Assembly (NCBI GenBank): GCA_963827235.1 | Contig: CAWHAE010000012.1 | Location: forward strand, 1,472,001 to 1,536,000 | DNA length: 64,000 nt | Direction of reading: 5' to 3' | Source: an uncultured bacterium | GTDB taxonomy: Bacteria; Chloroflexota; UBA5177; JANWHV01 | Shown: positions 1 to 10,777 of the stretch, one piece after another | How the letters are laid out: each line of letters opens with the position of its first letter | How positions within the stretch are numbered: position 1 is the first letter of the stretch | Program-made: the position numbers and the translations under genes | The notes under the pieces: generated by a model | Told to the model about the DNA's origin: nothing | Database searches by the model: none | The model's input: the letters and a program-made list of their open reading frames with translations, nothing else

Positions 1-204
1 GACGCCAGACCTGTGTACGCTTCACGTTTCTCCTCCGTTGCCGAGTGCATGGCGGCCCAGTGCTGCGCGGACTCGACCACCTGATCGGTGTTCGTCGCTG
101 CCCGGCGTCTACCGCTATGTTCAGTCTGCGGCGGGAGGGTCCAGGTCACCACCCAAAAGCCACAAGGCAAGCCCCAAAATGAACGCCTAATCTCAAGCCG
201 CGGT

Positions 205-325
205 GAAACACGCACGGGCGGAATGGATTCCGCACTTGGCGACACCCGCAAGCGGGTCCCCGGAGCAACCCCGGGATGAATCCGCGGGGCATCGTCGCGG
301 TGCGTAGAATCTCGTCGTGGCATCA
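205..325. repeat. REP-like hairpin element (homologous to 20855-21085)
   Basis: Hairpins GCGGAATGGATTCCGC and CCCCGGGATGAATCCGCGGGG; the segment GATGAATCC..GGGGCATCGTCGCGG..GTAG..TCTCGTCGTGGC recurs at 21042-21085. Confidence 0.7.
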
Positions 326-459
326 CAATAGTCGAACCAGTAGTCCAGCGTGATCTCGGCGCGCCGGCCTCGAGCCGCTCCGGGGGCCTGTGCTATTCTG
401 AGGAGTAATGGCATGGGCAGGCGGCTGGTAGGCTAGTCCGGCGGCAGCGCTGGGAATGG

Positions 460-3400
460 GTGCGGACGATCGAGAAGGAGCTGCCTATTCCTCTGAGCTC
501 ATTCCTGCTCAGGAGCCGCAAGCGCGCCGAGCTGACCCAGGAAGAACTGGCGGAGCGCTCGGGCGTGAGTGTCAACACGATCGGCAACCTGGAAGCCGGT
601 CGCGGACACCTTCCTCGGCAGTCCACTCTCGACCTGCTCGTGGATGCGCTGGCAGCGGCATGTGCGATGAACCCGCAGGAACGCGCCGACCTTGCCCAGG
701 AATTCCAGTCGGCCGTCCGCGATTCCCAGGCACGGCGACGCACCGCTGGAGCCGAAGCGCAGGTCGAGCATGAGCGTGCACCTGCACTTCCGGCGGCGGG
801 TACGCTCACGTTTCTGGTCTGCGCCGGCGTACCGGACTCGGCGCGACAGGCCGAAGTCACGCGGCAGCCGCGGGGTGGCCTCGCCGCGCTCCTGCCGCAG
901 ATCGTGAACCATAACGGCGGCGTGTTGCTTGAGCCGCCGGATGAGCACTCTGATGCCGTGGCCGTGTTTGTCGCCGCCGATGCCGCGCTTGCGGCCGCGG
1001 ATGCGTTGCTGCGGGCCCTGCGCGAGAGACCGGCGACGACGGCTGGTGGCGATTCGGCTGGGGTTGACGTGCCGGTGTGCCTGGCCTTGCACGAAGGATG
1101 GGCGCAGCCCGGTGCGGGAGACTATGGCGGGGCAACTCGCCGGCGCGCGTTGCGGCTGGCTCGTCTCGGTCACGGCGGCCAGGTCTTGCTCTCACAAGCC
1201 ACCAAAGAACGGCTAGGGCGCACGCTGCCCAAGGGTCTACGCCTGCTGGACCTGGGGACCTACAGCATGAGTCCGGTAGAGCGCCCTCAGCCGATATACC
1301 AGCTGCAGGCGGATACCATCCCCTCGTCCTTTCGTCCGCTCCGCACGCTTCAGGTACCGCCAACCAACCTACCCCTGCAGCCCACGAGCTTTATCGGGCG
1401 GTCGCCGGAGCTGGCGGCGGTCGAGGCGCTGCTGGCGGGAGCGCCACTGGTGACGCTGGTGGGGACGGGCGGCTGCGGCAAGACTCGCCTCGCCCTGCAG
1501 TTGGCGGCCGAACTGCTGGATGGGTACCGCGACGGAGCTTGGTTCGTAGAGCTGGCACCGTTGCCGGACCCAGCGCTGGTAGCGCAGGCGGTGGCCACGG
1601 CCCTGGAACTGCGAGAACAGCCCGGCCGACTCCTCCTGAGCACGTTGCTCGAAGCCCTCAGGGGCCGCCGCCTGCTGCTGGTGCTGGACAACTGCGAGCA
1701 CCTGGTGGAGTCCTGTGCGGTGCTGGCAGCCGCGGTGTTGCGGAGCTGCCCGCACGTGCAGCTGCTGGCGACCAGCAGAGAGCGGTTAGGCATCCGGGGC
1801 GAGAGTCTCTATCGGGTGCCGTCTCTCACGCTGCCCACTGCGGGTGCGCGCAGTACAGAAGTCGAGCTGCAGGCATACGAGAGCGTACAGTTGTTCGTGG
1901 ACCGAGCGCGCGCCAGCCATGCCGAGTTTGCCCTGACTGCCGAGAACGCGCACGCGGTGGCGCAGGTCTGCGCGCGGCTGGGCGGTATTCCGCTGGCGAT
2001 CGAGTTGGCGGCAGCGAGGACGCTGACGCTGCCCGTTACGCAGATCGCGGTGCGGCTGGACCAGAGCATGGGAATCTTGACCGGCGGACCGCGGGACGTG
2101 CTGCCTCGCCATCAGACGCTGCGGGCGGCGCTGGACTGGAGCTGGGCGCTCTTGAGCGCGCAGGAGCAAGTGGTGCTTCGGCGGCTGGCGGTCTTCGCCG
2201 GGGGATGTACATGCGTCAGCGGCGGAGCGAGTGTGCGGGGGATCGCGGATACCGAGCGGTTGGAGCAGTGAGGAGCAGGCGGGTCGGGTCGGAGGGGCCG
2301 GAAGTGGGGAGGGCGGGCTCGAGGACCGGGAAGTCCTGAGTCTGCTGGATAGACTGGCTGAGAAATCGCTGGTAGGACTGGTGGGGACAGCCGACGAACC
2401 GCGGTATGGGTTGCTGGAAACGGTGCGGCAGTACGCGGCGGAGCGACTGGCAAGCGCGGGTGAGGAGCAAGCGCTGCGGGATCGGCACCTGGCGTGGTGC
2501 CTTGCGCTCGCCGAGGAATCGGAGCCGAAACTCAACGGACCGGAGCAAGCTGCCTGGCTGAGACGGCTTGAGATCGAGCATGATAACCTGCGCGCGGCGC
2601 TGGCCTGGGCGCATCGAAGTGGAGATCGCGAGCGCGAGCTGCGACTGGCGACGACACTTCATCGTTTCTGGAACGTACGCGGTTATCTCAGCGAGGGCCG
2701 AGCCTGGCTAGAGGCGGCACTGGCATCGGATGGTGGAGCTCGTGTATCAGCAATGGTTCGGGCCGGAGCGCTCAACGCGGCTGGTACCCTGGCGAGCAAT
2801 CAAGGGGACTACACACCTGCTTCCGCACGTTTCGAGGAGTCACTGGCCCTGCAGCGTGGGTTGAACGACACAGCCGGCGTTGCATCTTCGCTCAACGGCC
2901 TGGGGAACCTGGCGTACAGGCAATGCGACTATCCGCGTGCCATCGCCTTGCACGAGGAAGCGCTGGCCCTGCGACGCGCGCTAGGAGACGTGCGCGGCGT
3001 CGCCGCTTCGCTCAGCAACCTGGGAGTTGCCGTTGCTTTGCAGGGCGACCACACACGCTCCGCGGCCCTCTTCGAGGAAGCTCTCCTGGTGCAGCGCGAA
3101 GCAGGAGACGCGTGGAGCGTCGCCGCTTCACTGAACAATCTGGGCCTTGCCCGGGACATGGAAGGCGAGAACAAGCGGGCGGAGGCAGCGTTCGTAGAGG
3201 CGCTGGCACTGCGACGCGAGCTTGGGGACCTGCACGGCGTCGCGGTGACGCTGCGGAACCTGGGGCGGCTCAGGTACGCGAACGGGGACCACGCGCAAGG
3301 GAATGCGTTGCTGGAGGAATCCCTGGCGCTGCGCCGAGAGCTGGGTGATAGGCTCGGCGTTGCCGACGCGCTCGACTATTTGGGGAACGCGGCCTACCGC

Positions 3401-3802
3401 AGGGGCGATCATGCCAGAGCCGCGGCGATGCTGCGGGAGGGTCTCGAGATCAGTCGTGTGATCGGAGCCGCCGACGTTACGCTTGAGATTCTGGAGAACC
3501 TTGCCGGCGTGTTCGCCGCGTACGGGCAGCCGTACGAGGCAACGCAACTCTGCGGTGCCGTGCAGGCTCTGAGAGAGTCGATTGGTGTGCGACCGCAGCC
3601 CGAGGGTGAGGCTGTAGGCGGGCAGACGGCATCGACCACTCGTGTTGCTCTGGGTGAGCAGCTATTCAATGCGGCATGGACCGCAGGGCGGGCGATGTCG
3701 CTGGAACAGGCCGTGGCGCTGGCGCTGACCGAGGGACCGGGCCAGGATGAGATGCCCACCGGCACCACCCCAGCCCAGCGCCAGAGCAGCCGGCGGCGGT
3801 AA
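460..3802 (+). CDS. XRE-HTH / degenerate cyclase / NB-ARC ATPase / TPR regulator (one gene, +1 frameshift near 2210)
   Basis: LTQEELAERSGVSVNTIGNLE HTH; TNLP..PTSFIGR; Walker A GTGGCGKT; LLVLDNCEH; FAGGCT continues as ASAAERVCG in the 2231..3802 frame; C-terminal TPR repeats. Confidence 0.9.
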
Positions 3803-3852
3803 GGATTGCGCACCAGAACGAAGATCGCGCGACGCCGGCCTGCCTCGACAGC

Positions 3853-4902
3853 TTATGCCGCCTTCTTCGAGTGGCGAAGCAACCCCAGCCGCACCAGGCT
3901 CTCGGCGGTCGCGAGTATGGCGTCGTCGTTCGATCGCGGCGCCCAGCCCAGCACGCGCCTGGCTTTCTCATTGGTGGCGCTCTTGATCTCACCCAGCTCG
4001 GGGACGATTTGCTTGAGCGACGGATCGACCAGCGAGGCGATCCGCACCATCCAGTTGGGCAGGCTCCTGGTCGGAACTCGGCCGGCCGCAGCGCCCATGC
4101 GGGCCTTGAGCAGGCGGGCGATCGCCTGCATGGTCATGAAGTCGCCGGCGACAGCCAGAAACCGCTCGCCCTTGGCGGCGGGATTGGTCATAGCGCGCAG
4201 GTGCAGGTCCGCCACATCCCGCACATCCACGATGCCAAACGACAGGTGAGGGATGCCGGGCACCGCGCCGTCCATCAAGCGCTGCACTATCTGGATGGAC
4301 GTTGAGAAATCCGGCCCGAGTACCGGCCCAAATACGCCGACCGGATTGACGACAGCAAGCTCCAAGGCGCCGCCTTCGCGGGTGACGAAGTCCCACGCTG
4401 CACGCTCCGCCAGGGTCTTCGATTTCACGTAGGCGCTTATGCCGGCGCCGGCCAGGTCAGTCCAGTCCTCCTCGGACGCAGGCCGATCGGCCCGCTTGCG
4501 GCCATATCCGATCGCGGCAAACGAAGAAGTCAGCACGACGCGCTTGACGCCCGCGTCCCGCGCCGCCCGCAGCACGCGGAGCGCGCCGTCGCGGGCCGGG
4601 ACGATCAGGTCGTCCTCGTGTTTTGGCACTGCCATGGGGAAGGGTGACGCGACGTGCAGCACAAAGTCGCAGCCGGCCACGGCTTCCGGCCAATTTGCGT
4701 CGGACGTGAGATCGGCGGCGGTGAATGAGAGGGCGCCCCCCGGTTCGGCACCGCCTGCCTTGAGCAGTGCGCGCACCTCGGCTTCACGCTTGAGCGAGCG
4801 TACGGTCGTGCGCACGCGATAGCCTGCCCCAACGAGCTGCACGATACAGTGGGCGCCGATGAACCCCGATCCGCCCGTCACCAGCACCAATTCGCCACTC
4901 AT
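3853..4902 (-). CDS. NAD-dependent epimerase/dehydratase (aldehyde reductase / dihydroflavonol reductase-like)
   Basis: VLVTGGSGFIG, HVASP, TSS, YVKSK; AAGGAGG RBS upstream of ATG 4902. Confidence 0.92.
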   Translation of the reverse strand: MSGELVLVTGGSGFIGAHCIVQLVGAGYRVRTTVRSLKREAEVRALLKAGGAEPGGALSFTAADLTSDANWPEAVAGCDFVLHVASPFPMAVPKHEDDLIVPARDGALRVLRAARDAGVKRVVLTSSFAAIGYGRKRADRPASEEDWTDLAGAGISAYVKSKTLAERAAWDFVTREGGALELAVVNPVGVFGPVLGPDFSTSIQIVQRLMDGAVPGIPHLSFGIVDVRDVADLHLRAMTNPAAKGERFLAVAGDFMTMQAIARLLKARMGAAAGRVPTRSLPNWMVRIASLVDPSLKQIVPELGEIKSATNEKARRVLGWAPRSNDDAILATAESLVRLGLLRHSKKAA

Positions 4903-5243
4903 GCCGGCCTCCTTATTCGTCCGCTGATCAGCCGGCCTTCGCGACAACGCCGTACCGGCCGAACCCCGCCTCATGCAATGCCCGATGATACAGCTTTCTC
5001 CCGGCGGAGATGTACCGTGCGACGGTCGGTACTGCCCCGCCACGCTCGTTACGAGCACTCGGCGAGAGCAACCTGATGCTCGACTGCTTCAGCGCGAGCC
5101 CCGGCATGGAAAGACACAGCGGTTTTGGCAGGCGCGAAGCTCGACGCATCGTCGCCTACCCGCCGGCCTCTGCACCGACCGGCGTCTCCTCCATTGCCCG
5201 GCGGCTTGCCGGACCTCGGCGAGCCATCGTGCACGCATCGGTG

Positions 5244-6020
5244 TCACGACGCCGGTACCGCCGCGCCGGCGGACGCTAGTCGCCGAAGACCGGCCAGGCC
5301 GGCAGCCAGAAGCAGCCCCGCGGCCAAACCGATGCTCGCCGTGATGGCGACGTGGAGGACGAGCATTCCTCCGAGCACGGCACCGGCGAACATGGCGGCG
5401 ACGGCGAGGAGCCGGCGAACCGGATGAGGATGGCTCCCGCCGGCCAGCCGTGGATCAGCCGCCAGGCCGGTGAGAGTCAAGGTCAGGACGGTAGTCGTCA
5501 GATCGGGCACTGCCAGGCGCCGAGCCGTGGCGTTCTGCAGTCCCATAGGCAGCGCCAGCAGTACCACCAGGACATAGCGCGCGGTGCTGCTCACCGGGCT
5601 ACCACCAATAGCCGCCGCGACCAGCGCCGCGGTGACCAGCGCCCATTCAATCAGGATCGCGGTGACCAACAGGCGCGTTCTCTGCGCGCCCAGGCGAACA
5701 CCGAGGCGTCCACCGGCAGCGGCACCGGCCAGAAATGCGGCCACCGCGGCGAGCGATGTGGTGATGGACAGACCGCTCGCACCGGCGAAAGCAAAGCCCA
5801 GGAGCACGATGTTGCCGGTCATATTGGCGACAAAAACGTGGCCCAGCGCGATGTAGCTGGTCGCATCCACGGCACCCGTGACGATGGTCAGGGCCAGCAG
5901 CAAGGGCGGCAGCACGCCGTCCGGATCGGCGCGGTCGGGTATGAGCGTCCGCGCCAGGCCGGTGAGCGCCTGCATCGGGCGCCCCGGTGCAGGCGCGGCG
6001 CTCCGACTGGAGGAGGGCAT
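5244..6020 (-). CDS. DUF1275/YoaK family membrane protein
   Basis: TGAVDATSY..LGHVFVANMTGN, MGLQNA, TTTVLT motifs. Confidence 0.9.
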   Translation of the reverse strand: MPSSSRSAAPAPGRPMQALTGLARTLIPDRADPDGVLPPLLLALTIVTGAVDATSYIALGHVFVANMTGNIVLLGFAFAGASGLSITTSLAAVAAFLAGAAAGGRLGVRLGAQRTRLLVTAILIEWALVTAALVAAAIGGSPVSSTARYVLVVLLALPMGLQNATARRLAVPDLTTTVLTLTLTGLAADPRLAGGSHPHPVRRLLAVAAMFAGAVLGGMLVLHVAITASIGLAAGLLLAAGLAGLRRLASAGAAVPAS

Positions 6021-6095
6021 AGGTATGCTCCCGTGGAGACCACTGGTCGTCGGAGTAGGAGCCGGTCGTTGGGACGCAACATTGCGCGGCAGGAA

Positions 6096-6146
6096 AGCGT
6101 GGCCGGCGCACGGCCGTCACGTTGGCGGCCGTGCGCCGGCCACGCT
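6096..6146. other. 21-bp perfect-stem hairpin in the DUF1275 leader
   Basis: AGCGTGGCCGGCGCACGGCCG (6096-6116) pairs with 6126-6146. Confidence 0.8.
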
Positions 6147-6309
6147 ATCGCACACGGATCAGCGTAGGCTGCACGGGGATAGGAGTAAAGCGGACTTAGC
6201 CATGTACACGTCGACGGCATCCTCAGGCCGTGCTCGGGATCGCCCGGATCGCGGCCAGTAGCCGCGTGCATTCCTGGTACTCGTTTCGACGTATCGCCAG
6301 GAGGTGCTC

Positions 6310-6558
6310 TTGGCGCTTCTATCGGTAGGGGAGTGCGCGGCGTGTGCGGGAAGCGGACAATGGATGGGCGTTGCGGATGCTGCCCGGCGTCTCAACGTAT
6401 CGTTGTCGCGGGTGCGCTTCCTCGCCAAGCGTGGTGACGTTGAGTCGGTGCTGATGCCGTGCGGCCGGCTACTGGCGCGCGCATCAGTTGAGCGGTATGA
6501 TTCCACACGGCGCGGGCCTGGCAGACCCAAGAACGCAGAACGCTCCGCGTCAGCATAG
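6310..6558 (+). CDS. Small helix-turn-helix (excisionase/MerR-like) DNA-binding protein
   Basis: WMGVADAARRLNVSLSRVRFLAKRG; C-terminal GPGRP; GGAGG before TTG 6310. Confidence 0.65.
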   Translation: MALLSVGECAACAGSGQWMGVADAARRLNVSLSRVRFLAKRGDVESVLMPCGRLLARASVERYDSTRRGPGRPKNAERSASA

Positions 6559-6654
6559 CTGAGCAGAGCGTCTGGCGAGGTGCGAGAGGCGCTGGTAACG
6601 CCAACCGACCGCTGACACGTACGCTTCTCGGGTCGCAACGATCGGCCGTACATG

Positions 6655-7173
6655 CTAAGGAAACAGTATACGCTGGCGCACCATTTCGCAAGTGTGCAGC
6701 GTTGCTACCTCGGATGCGTGGCGCGCCTCCCGCGAGTGGGAAGCGTTGAGGCATGGCACACGGTTGCACGCCTGGAAGCGTGCACGCAGATTCTTCACCC
6801 CCAGAGGATGCTCCCTCGAGGATCTCCCGGGCGTTGCCTGCCTGTCCCACGCGTGCAGCTGCCGAGGGTACCGCGCCTCGATCTCGGTGAGGAACTGCCC
6901 GGTCCACTCCCCGTAATCGATCTCTCGCAAGCCGGAGGTACGTGCAGGCGTCACACCCACGCCGGCAGCAATCATCTGGGAAGTCTGTGCCGCGCATCGC
7001 AGTTCGCTCGAGTTGACGGCGCTGATCGGCGGCTCTTGTCTGCTCAGCCACGCAGCCACCGCGCCAGCCTGACGAATCCCCAGGTCATTCAGCGGAATGT
7101 CAAGCTGCCCCTGGCAGCGCGGCGCGGGATTCCACGCGGTCTGGCCGTTCCGTACCGGGTAGACCGTGGTCAC
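6655..7173 (-). pseudogene. Histidine phosphatase (GpmB/CobC-like), degenerate
   Basis: VRNGQTAWN..QGQLDIPLNDLGIRQA, LREIDYGEWTG; RHG changed to RNG and similarity lost after about 110 aa. Confidence 0.7.
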
Positions 7174-7401
7174 GTGGACGGGTCTGGCATGGCCCGGCCC
7201 TCTCCCTCCCGCGTTCGCGTTGAAATATAGACGAAATACGAGCTGGTGTGCCGTCGTCGACCGCACCCGGCAGGGTTGCCCGCGCTCGATCTCATGCCCT
7301 TCCAGATATCCGTTCATGCGTTCACCGGCGCGCCACCGGACTGCTGCTAGAATGGTAAGGCGAGCGGAGCCGCCAGCACGCCGGCAACCACCGATCGCCC
7401 A

Positions 7402-8052
7402 GTGATGGCAAACATCGTGGCAGACGGGAAGCGAGGGATCGGGATGCGCGTTCAGACGTGGTCGATTCTGGTCTGTGTGTGGCTAGCGGCAGGCATGTTG
7501 ACGGGCGCCGGCACCGTGAGAGCGGCAGGCACCGCGCTGCCCACGGTAGCAGCCATCCAAGGAGGCTCCGCGCAGGGTGCGCTGACGACGACCTGGGCGC
7601 TGGGCAGTGCCAACGGAGCCACGGCGCCGAAGCCGACGACGGCGCGCCCCCTGATGGCGTTGCTGACCTGGAGCTATCTGCCGTATGGGTCAAGCATGCC
7701 CCAGTACACGGTGTCGACGGTACTGTTTGGCAACGGAACGAGCACGATACTCACGTCCATGCGCGCGCTCTACGAAGTGGCCCGCGCCACGCCTTCGCTC
7801 TATCTGGTCCTGGGATTGACGGGCAACGGGCGCCAAGCCGGGCGGCTCGGCGTACTGGCAATCGACACCTACCACTACACCGCGAATACCGTGCTCCACG
7901 GCACCGCGGCCACGTACAATACCGCGGCATCGTGCGGCGTGGTGTTTGCCGCTGCCGGCAAGAGCTATACCGTGCGCGGCACCGCGCAGCCCGGGCCCGG
8001 CGGCGCGGATTTCTCGCACGCGCTGCTGGCCGGCGCCGCCGCCTGCTCATAG
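7402..8052 (+). CDS. Hypothetical secreted protein
   Basis: Signal-peptide-like hydrophobic N-terminus ending VRA-A; coding-like composition; two C-terminal Cys. Confidence 0.6.
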   Translation: MMANIVADGKRGIGMRVQTWSILVCVWLAAGMLTGAGTVRAAGTALPTVAAIQGGSAQGALTTTWALGSANGATAPKPTTARPLMALLTWSYLPYGSSMPQYTVSTVLFGNGTSTILTSMRALYEVARATPSLYLVLGLTGNGRQAGRLGVLAIDTYHYTANTVLHGTAATYNTAASCGVVFAAAGKSYTVRGTAQPGPGGADFSHALLAGAAACS

Positions 8053-8160
8053 AGCAGACTGATCGGATCAGCAATCCCCCCGCAATGCGCGGATAGTGCT
8101 GATCGCTGCGCGATTGCACCACTTTATCCCCCATTCGTGCCCTTACCATCGTGCTTCTCG

Positions 8161-8184
8161 TAAACAAGACTCGCGCGCCGATAA
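8161..8184 (+). promoter_or_regulatory. Putative sigma-28 (FliA) promoter
   Basis: Perfect GCCGATAA (8177-8184) with TAAA 12 nt upstream (shorter than the canonical spacing), ahead of an MCP gene. Confidence 0.45.
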
Positions 8185-8325
8185 TAAACAAAGACCCCAA
8201 CCGCGCACATGCCGGTACCCGGTTCTGTTCGGGCCGGCCTATCGGGCGGGACCGGGACGTTGCCCGCGCGATACGGCTTTCGCGTCACCAGCTGCTTTCT
8301 CGGCGAGCCTGAAAGGACGGACCCC

Positions 8326-10389
8326 ATGGCGTGGTTCAGGAACCTCCGCATGACCCCGAAGTTGATCAGCAGTTTTGTCGCGATGGCGGTGCTGGTTGCC
8401 ATCGTGACCGGGGCAGGCTACCTCGGACTGCAGTCACAAGACACGCAGGTGGTTCATCTGAAGAATGTCTCGATCCCCAGCGTTGTCCACCTCCAGGACG
8501 TTCAAGCCGACGTGCTCAGGGTCGCCGCCTACTCCCAAGCCGGCGTCCTGGCCTCGGCGCAGGCCGACGTCAATATGTTCATCGACCACGCGGTGGCGGC
8601 ACAGACCCAGGCCGCAAAGGATTGGCAAGCTGCGATAGCGCTGCCATTCGATACCAATGACGAAGCGACGCTGGCCGGCCAGACGACCCCGCTGCTGCAG
8701 CAGTGGGCCGCCGTGGAGACGCAAGCCGAGCAGCTCACCCGCCAGAATACAGCCGCGTCCAAAGCCGAGGCGGGCCGCCTATCGTCTGGCCCGGGCAGGC
8801 TGGCGACGCTCGCGGTGGACACGAACGTAGACAAGATGCGGACGCTCTACCAAGCGGCCACGAGCCACACGGAGAACGCCGCCTCCAACGCCTATACAAC
8901 GGCGAGCACCGAGCTGCTGGTCGTGCTGCTGCTGGCCGTGCTCTGTGCTCTCGGTCTGGGCTGGTTCATCGCCCGATCGATCACGCGGCCGCTGGCCGAG
9001 GTCAAGGCTGCCGCGTCCAGCGTGCCCAACGTGTGCATGGTGGGCCTGGCCGATGGTATCACCGCCCTTTCCCGCGGCGACCTGACAGTGGAGGCGCACG
9101 CCAGCACAGAGCCGCCCACCTATACCAGCAAGGACGAGATCGGCGAGACAGCGGACGTGGTGCGGGCGATCATCGGCCGGGCTCAGACGGCGATAAGCGC
9201 CTACGAGCAGGCGCGCGCCGAGCTCGCGGCGACCATTGGCCAGGTAGCGCAGTCCTCCGAGCAGGTCTACACCGGCGCCGCACAGCTGGCGGAGGCAACG
9301 CAGCAGGTGGGACAGGCCAGCGCGCAGATCGCCAGAGCGATCGAAGACGTGGCGCGTGGTACCAGCGACCAGAGCCACAGCACCGGCGAGATCGCGGCCC
9401 AGATCATCGATCTCGCGCACAATGTCGACCAGGTGACGCAGGAGGCCGCGGCCTACCAGGCAGCAGTCGCCGAAGCCGGCACGGCGATGAGTGACGTGCA
9501 GCAGGCTCTAGGCAACGCCACACAGAGCGTATCGACCGTGGCGAGCGCCGCCAGCCGCGCGGCGACGACGGCCAAAGAGGGAGGCGCGGCCGTCGCCCAG
9601 ACCATCGCCAGTATCGACAGCGTGCGCAGCGCCGTGTTGAAGAGCGCGGAAAAAGTCACGGCGCTGGGCGAGCGCAGCCAGGAAGTCGGCCAGATCGTGG
9701 AGGCCATCGACGACATCGCCAGCCAGACCAATCTGCTGGCCCTGAACGCGGCCATCGAAGCCGCCCGGGCCGGGGAGCACGGCAAGGGCTTCACCGTGGT
9801 GGCCGCCGAGGTGCGCAAACTGGCAGAGCGATCGAGCGCGGAAACCAAGGAGATCACCCAGCGCATCAGCGCCATCCAGCAGCAGGTGGCGGAAGTGGTC
9901 CAGGCCATGGCGGTGGGCAGCGCCGAGGTCGAGAAGAGCGCAGGGCTCGGCCGCCAGGCCGGCGACGCGCTCAAGCAGATCTTGAGCGTGGTGGGGGAGA
10001 CCGCCACGCAGGCCACCTCGATCAGCGCGTCGGTGGACCAGATTGCGACGAGCCTGGTGGCGGTGGGTGCGGCCGCCGCGAGGGGCGGCATAGCGGGCGA
10101 GCGAACCACCGAGGCGGCGGGGAGGATGCGCGGAAGCACCACCCGTATCGAGGGTGCCGTGGGAGACGTGGCGTCGATCAGCGAGCAAACGGCGGCGGGC
10201 GCCGAGGAGGTCAGCGCCTCTACCGAAGAGCAGAGCGCGAGCGTCGAGCAGATGAGCGCCGGCGCGCAGGAGCTGGCGGCGCTGGCCACGGGGCTCAAAG
10301 AGCTGGTGGAGCACTTCACCCTGGAGGTGGCCGTCGCGGCGCCCCAGTCCGCGGCCAAGTCGAGCGCCCGCAATTTGCGGGCAGTCTGA
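8326..10389 (+). CDS. Methyl-accepting chemotaxis protein (4-helix sensor, HAMP, signalling domain)
   Basis: Two TM segments; [38 protein letters not shown] signature. Confidence 0.96.
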   Translation: MAWFRNLRMTPKLISSFVAMAVLVAIVTGAGYLGLQSQDTQVVHLKNVSIPSVVHLQDVQADVLRVAAYSQAGVLASAQADVNMFIDHAVAAQTQAAKDWQAAIALPFDTNDEATLAGQTTPLLQQWAAVETQAEQLTRQNTAASKAEAGRLSSGPGRLATLAVDTNVDKMRTLYQAATSHTENAASNAYTTASTELLVVLLLAVLCALGLGWFIARSITRPLAEVKAAASSVPNVCMVGLADGITALSRGDLTVEAHASTEPPTYTSKDEIGETADVVRAIIGRAQTAISAYEQARAELAATIGQVAQSSEQVYTGAAQLAEATQQVGQASAQIARAIEDVARGTSDQSHSTGEIAAQIIDLAHNVDQVTQEAAAYQAAVAEAGTAMSDVQQALGNATQSVSTVASAASRAATTAKEGGAAVAQTIASIDSVRSAVLKSAEKVTALGERSQEVGQIVEAIDDIASQTNLLALNAAIEAARAGEHGKGFTVVAAEVRKLAERSSAETKEITQRISAIQQQVAEVVQAMAVGSAEVEKSAGLGRQAGDALKQILSVVGETATQATSISASVDQIATSLVAVGAAAARGGIAGERTTEAAGRMRGSTTRIEGAVGDVASISEQTAAGAEEVSASTEEQSASVEQMSAGAQELAALATGLKELVEHFTLEVAVAAPQSAAKSSARNLRAV

Positions 10390-10423
10390 GGCAACGACAT
10401 CTCGAGCGCGCATGGCCTGGAGA

Positions 10424-10456
10424 CGGGCGGGCCCAGTGCGGGCCCGCCCGGCTTTC
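10424..10456 (+). terminator. Intrinsic terminator after MCP
   Basis: CGGGCGGGCCC-agtgc-GGGCCCGCCCG then GCTTTC. Confidence 0.6.
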
Positions 10457-10478
10457 CCAGGGATCGAGGGCAAGCGCC

Positions 10479-10509
10479 TTGACAGGCCGGGAGGCCATGC
10501 CGCTATACT
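10479..10509 (+). promoter_or_regulatory. Sigma-70-type promoter for the riboswitch/cobO transcript
   Basis: TTGACA-N19-TATACT directly upstream of the riboswitch (spacer long). Confidence 0.5.
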
Positions 10510-10539
10510 TCCGGTCGGAACACATCGCATCGCGTCACA

Positions 10540-10640
10540 CATCGGTGGCACGTGGGGGAAGTCCGGTTCCATTCCGGCGCTGTCCCGCAACTGTACACCG
10601 GCCTCGTGCCGGCAAGCCAGGTCGCCCACGCCCACTGCAT
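10540..10640 (+). ncRNA. Cobalamin riboswitch (compact form)
   Basis: GGGAAGTCCGGT..ATTCCGGCGCTGTCCCGCAACTGT..AAGCCAGG core; CGTGGG/CCCACG closing stem; upstream of cobO. Confidence 0.88.
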
Positions 10641-10777
10641 GCCGTAGGCCCTCGCGAGAAGGGGCAAAGGCACGGTCAGTCGGCTTTGCCGGCTGTCCGA
10701 GCCTGGCGCAGTAGCTGAGTACTGCGACCAGGCTGTTTTGTCTGTGCTGTCTCCTCGCGGCATTGCAGGAGAGCAGC

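Noticed and set aside
6310-6558. Prophage or ICE implied by the excisionase-like HTH
   Set aside because: No integrase, att site or phage/conjugation genes nearby
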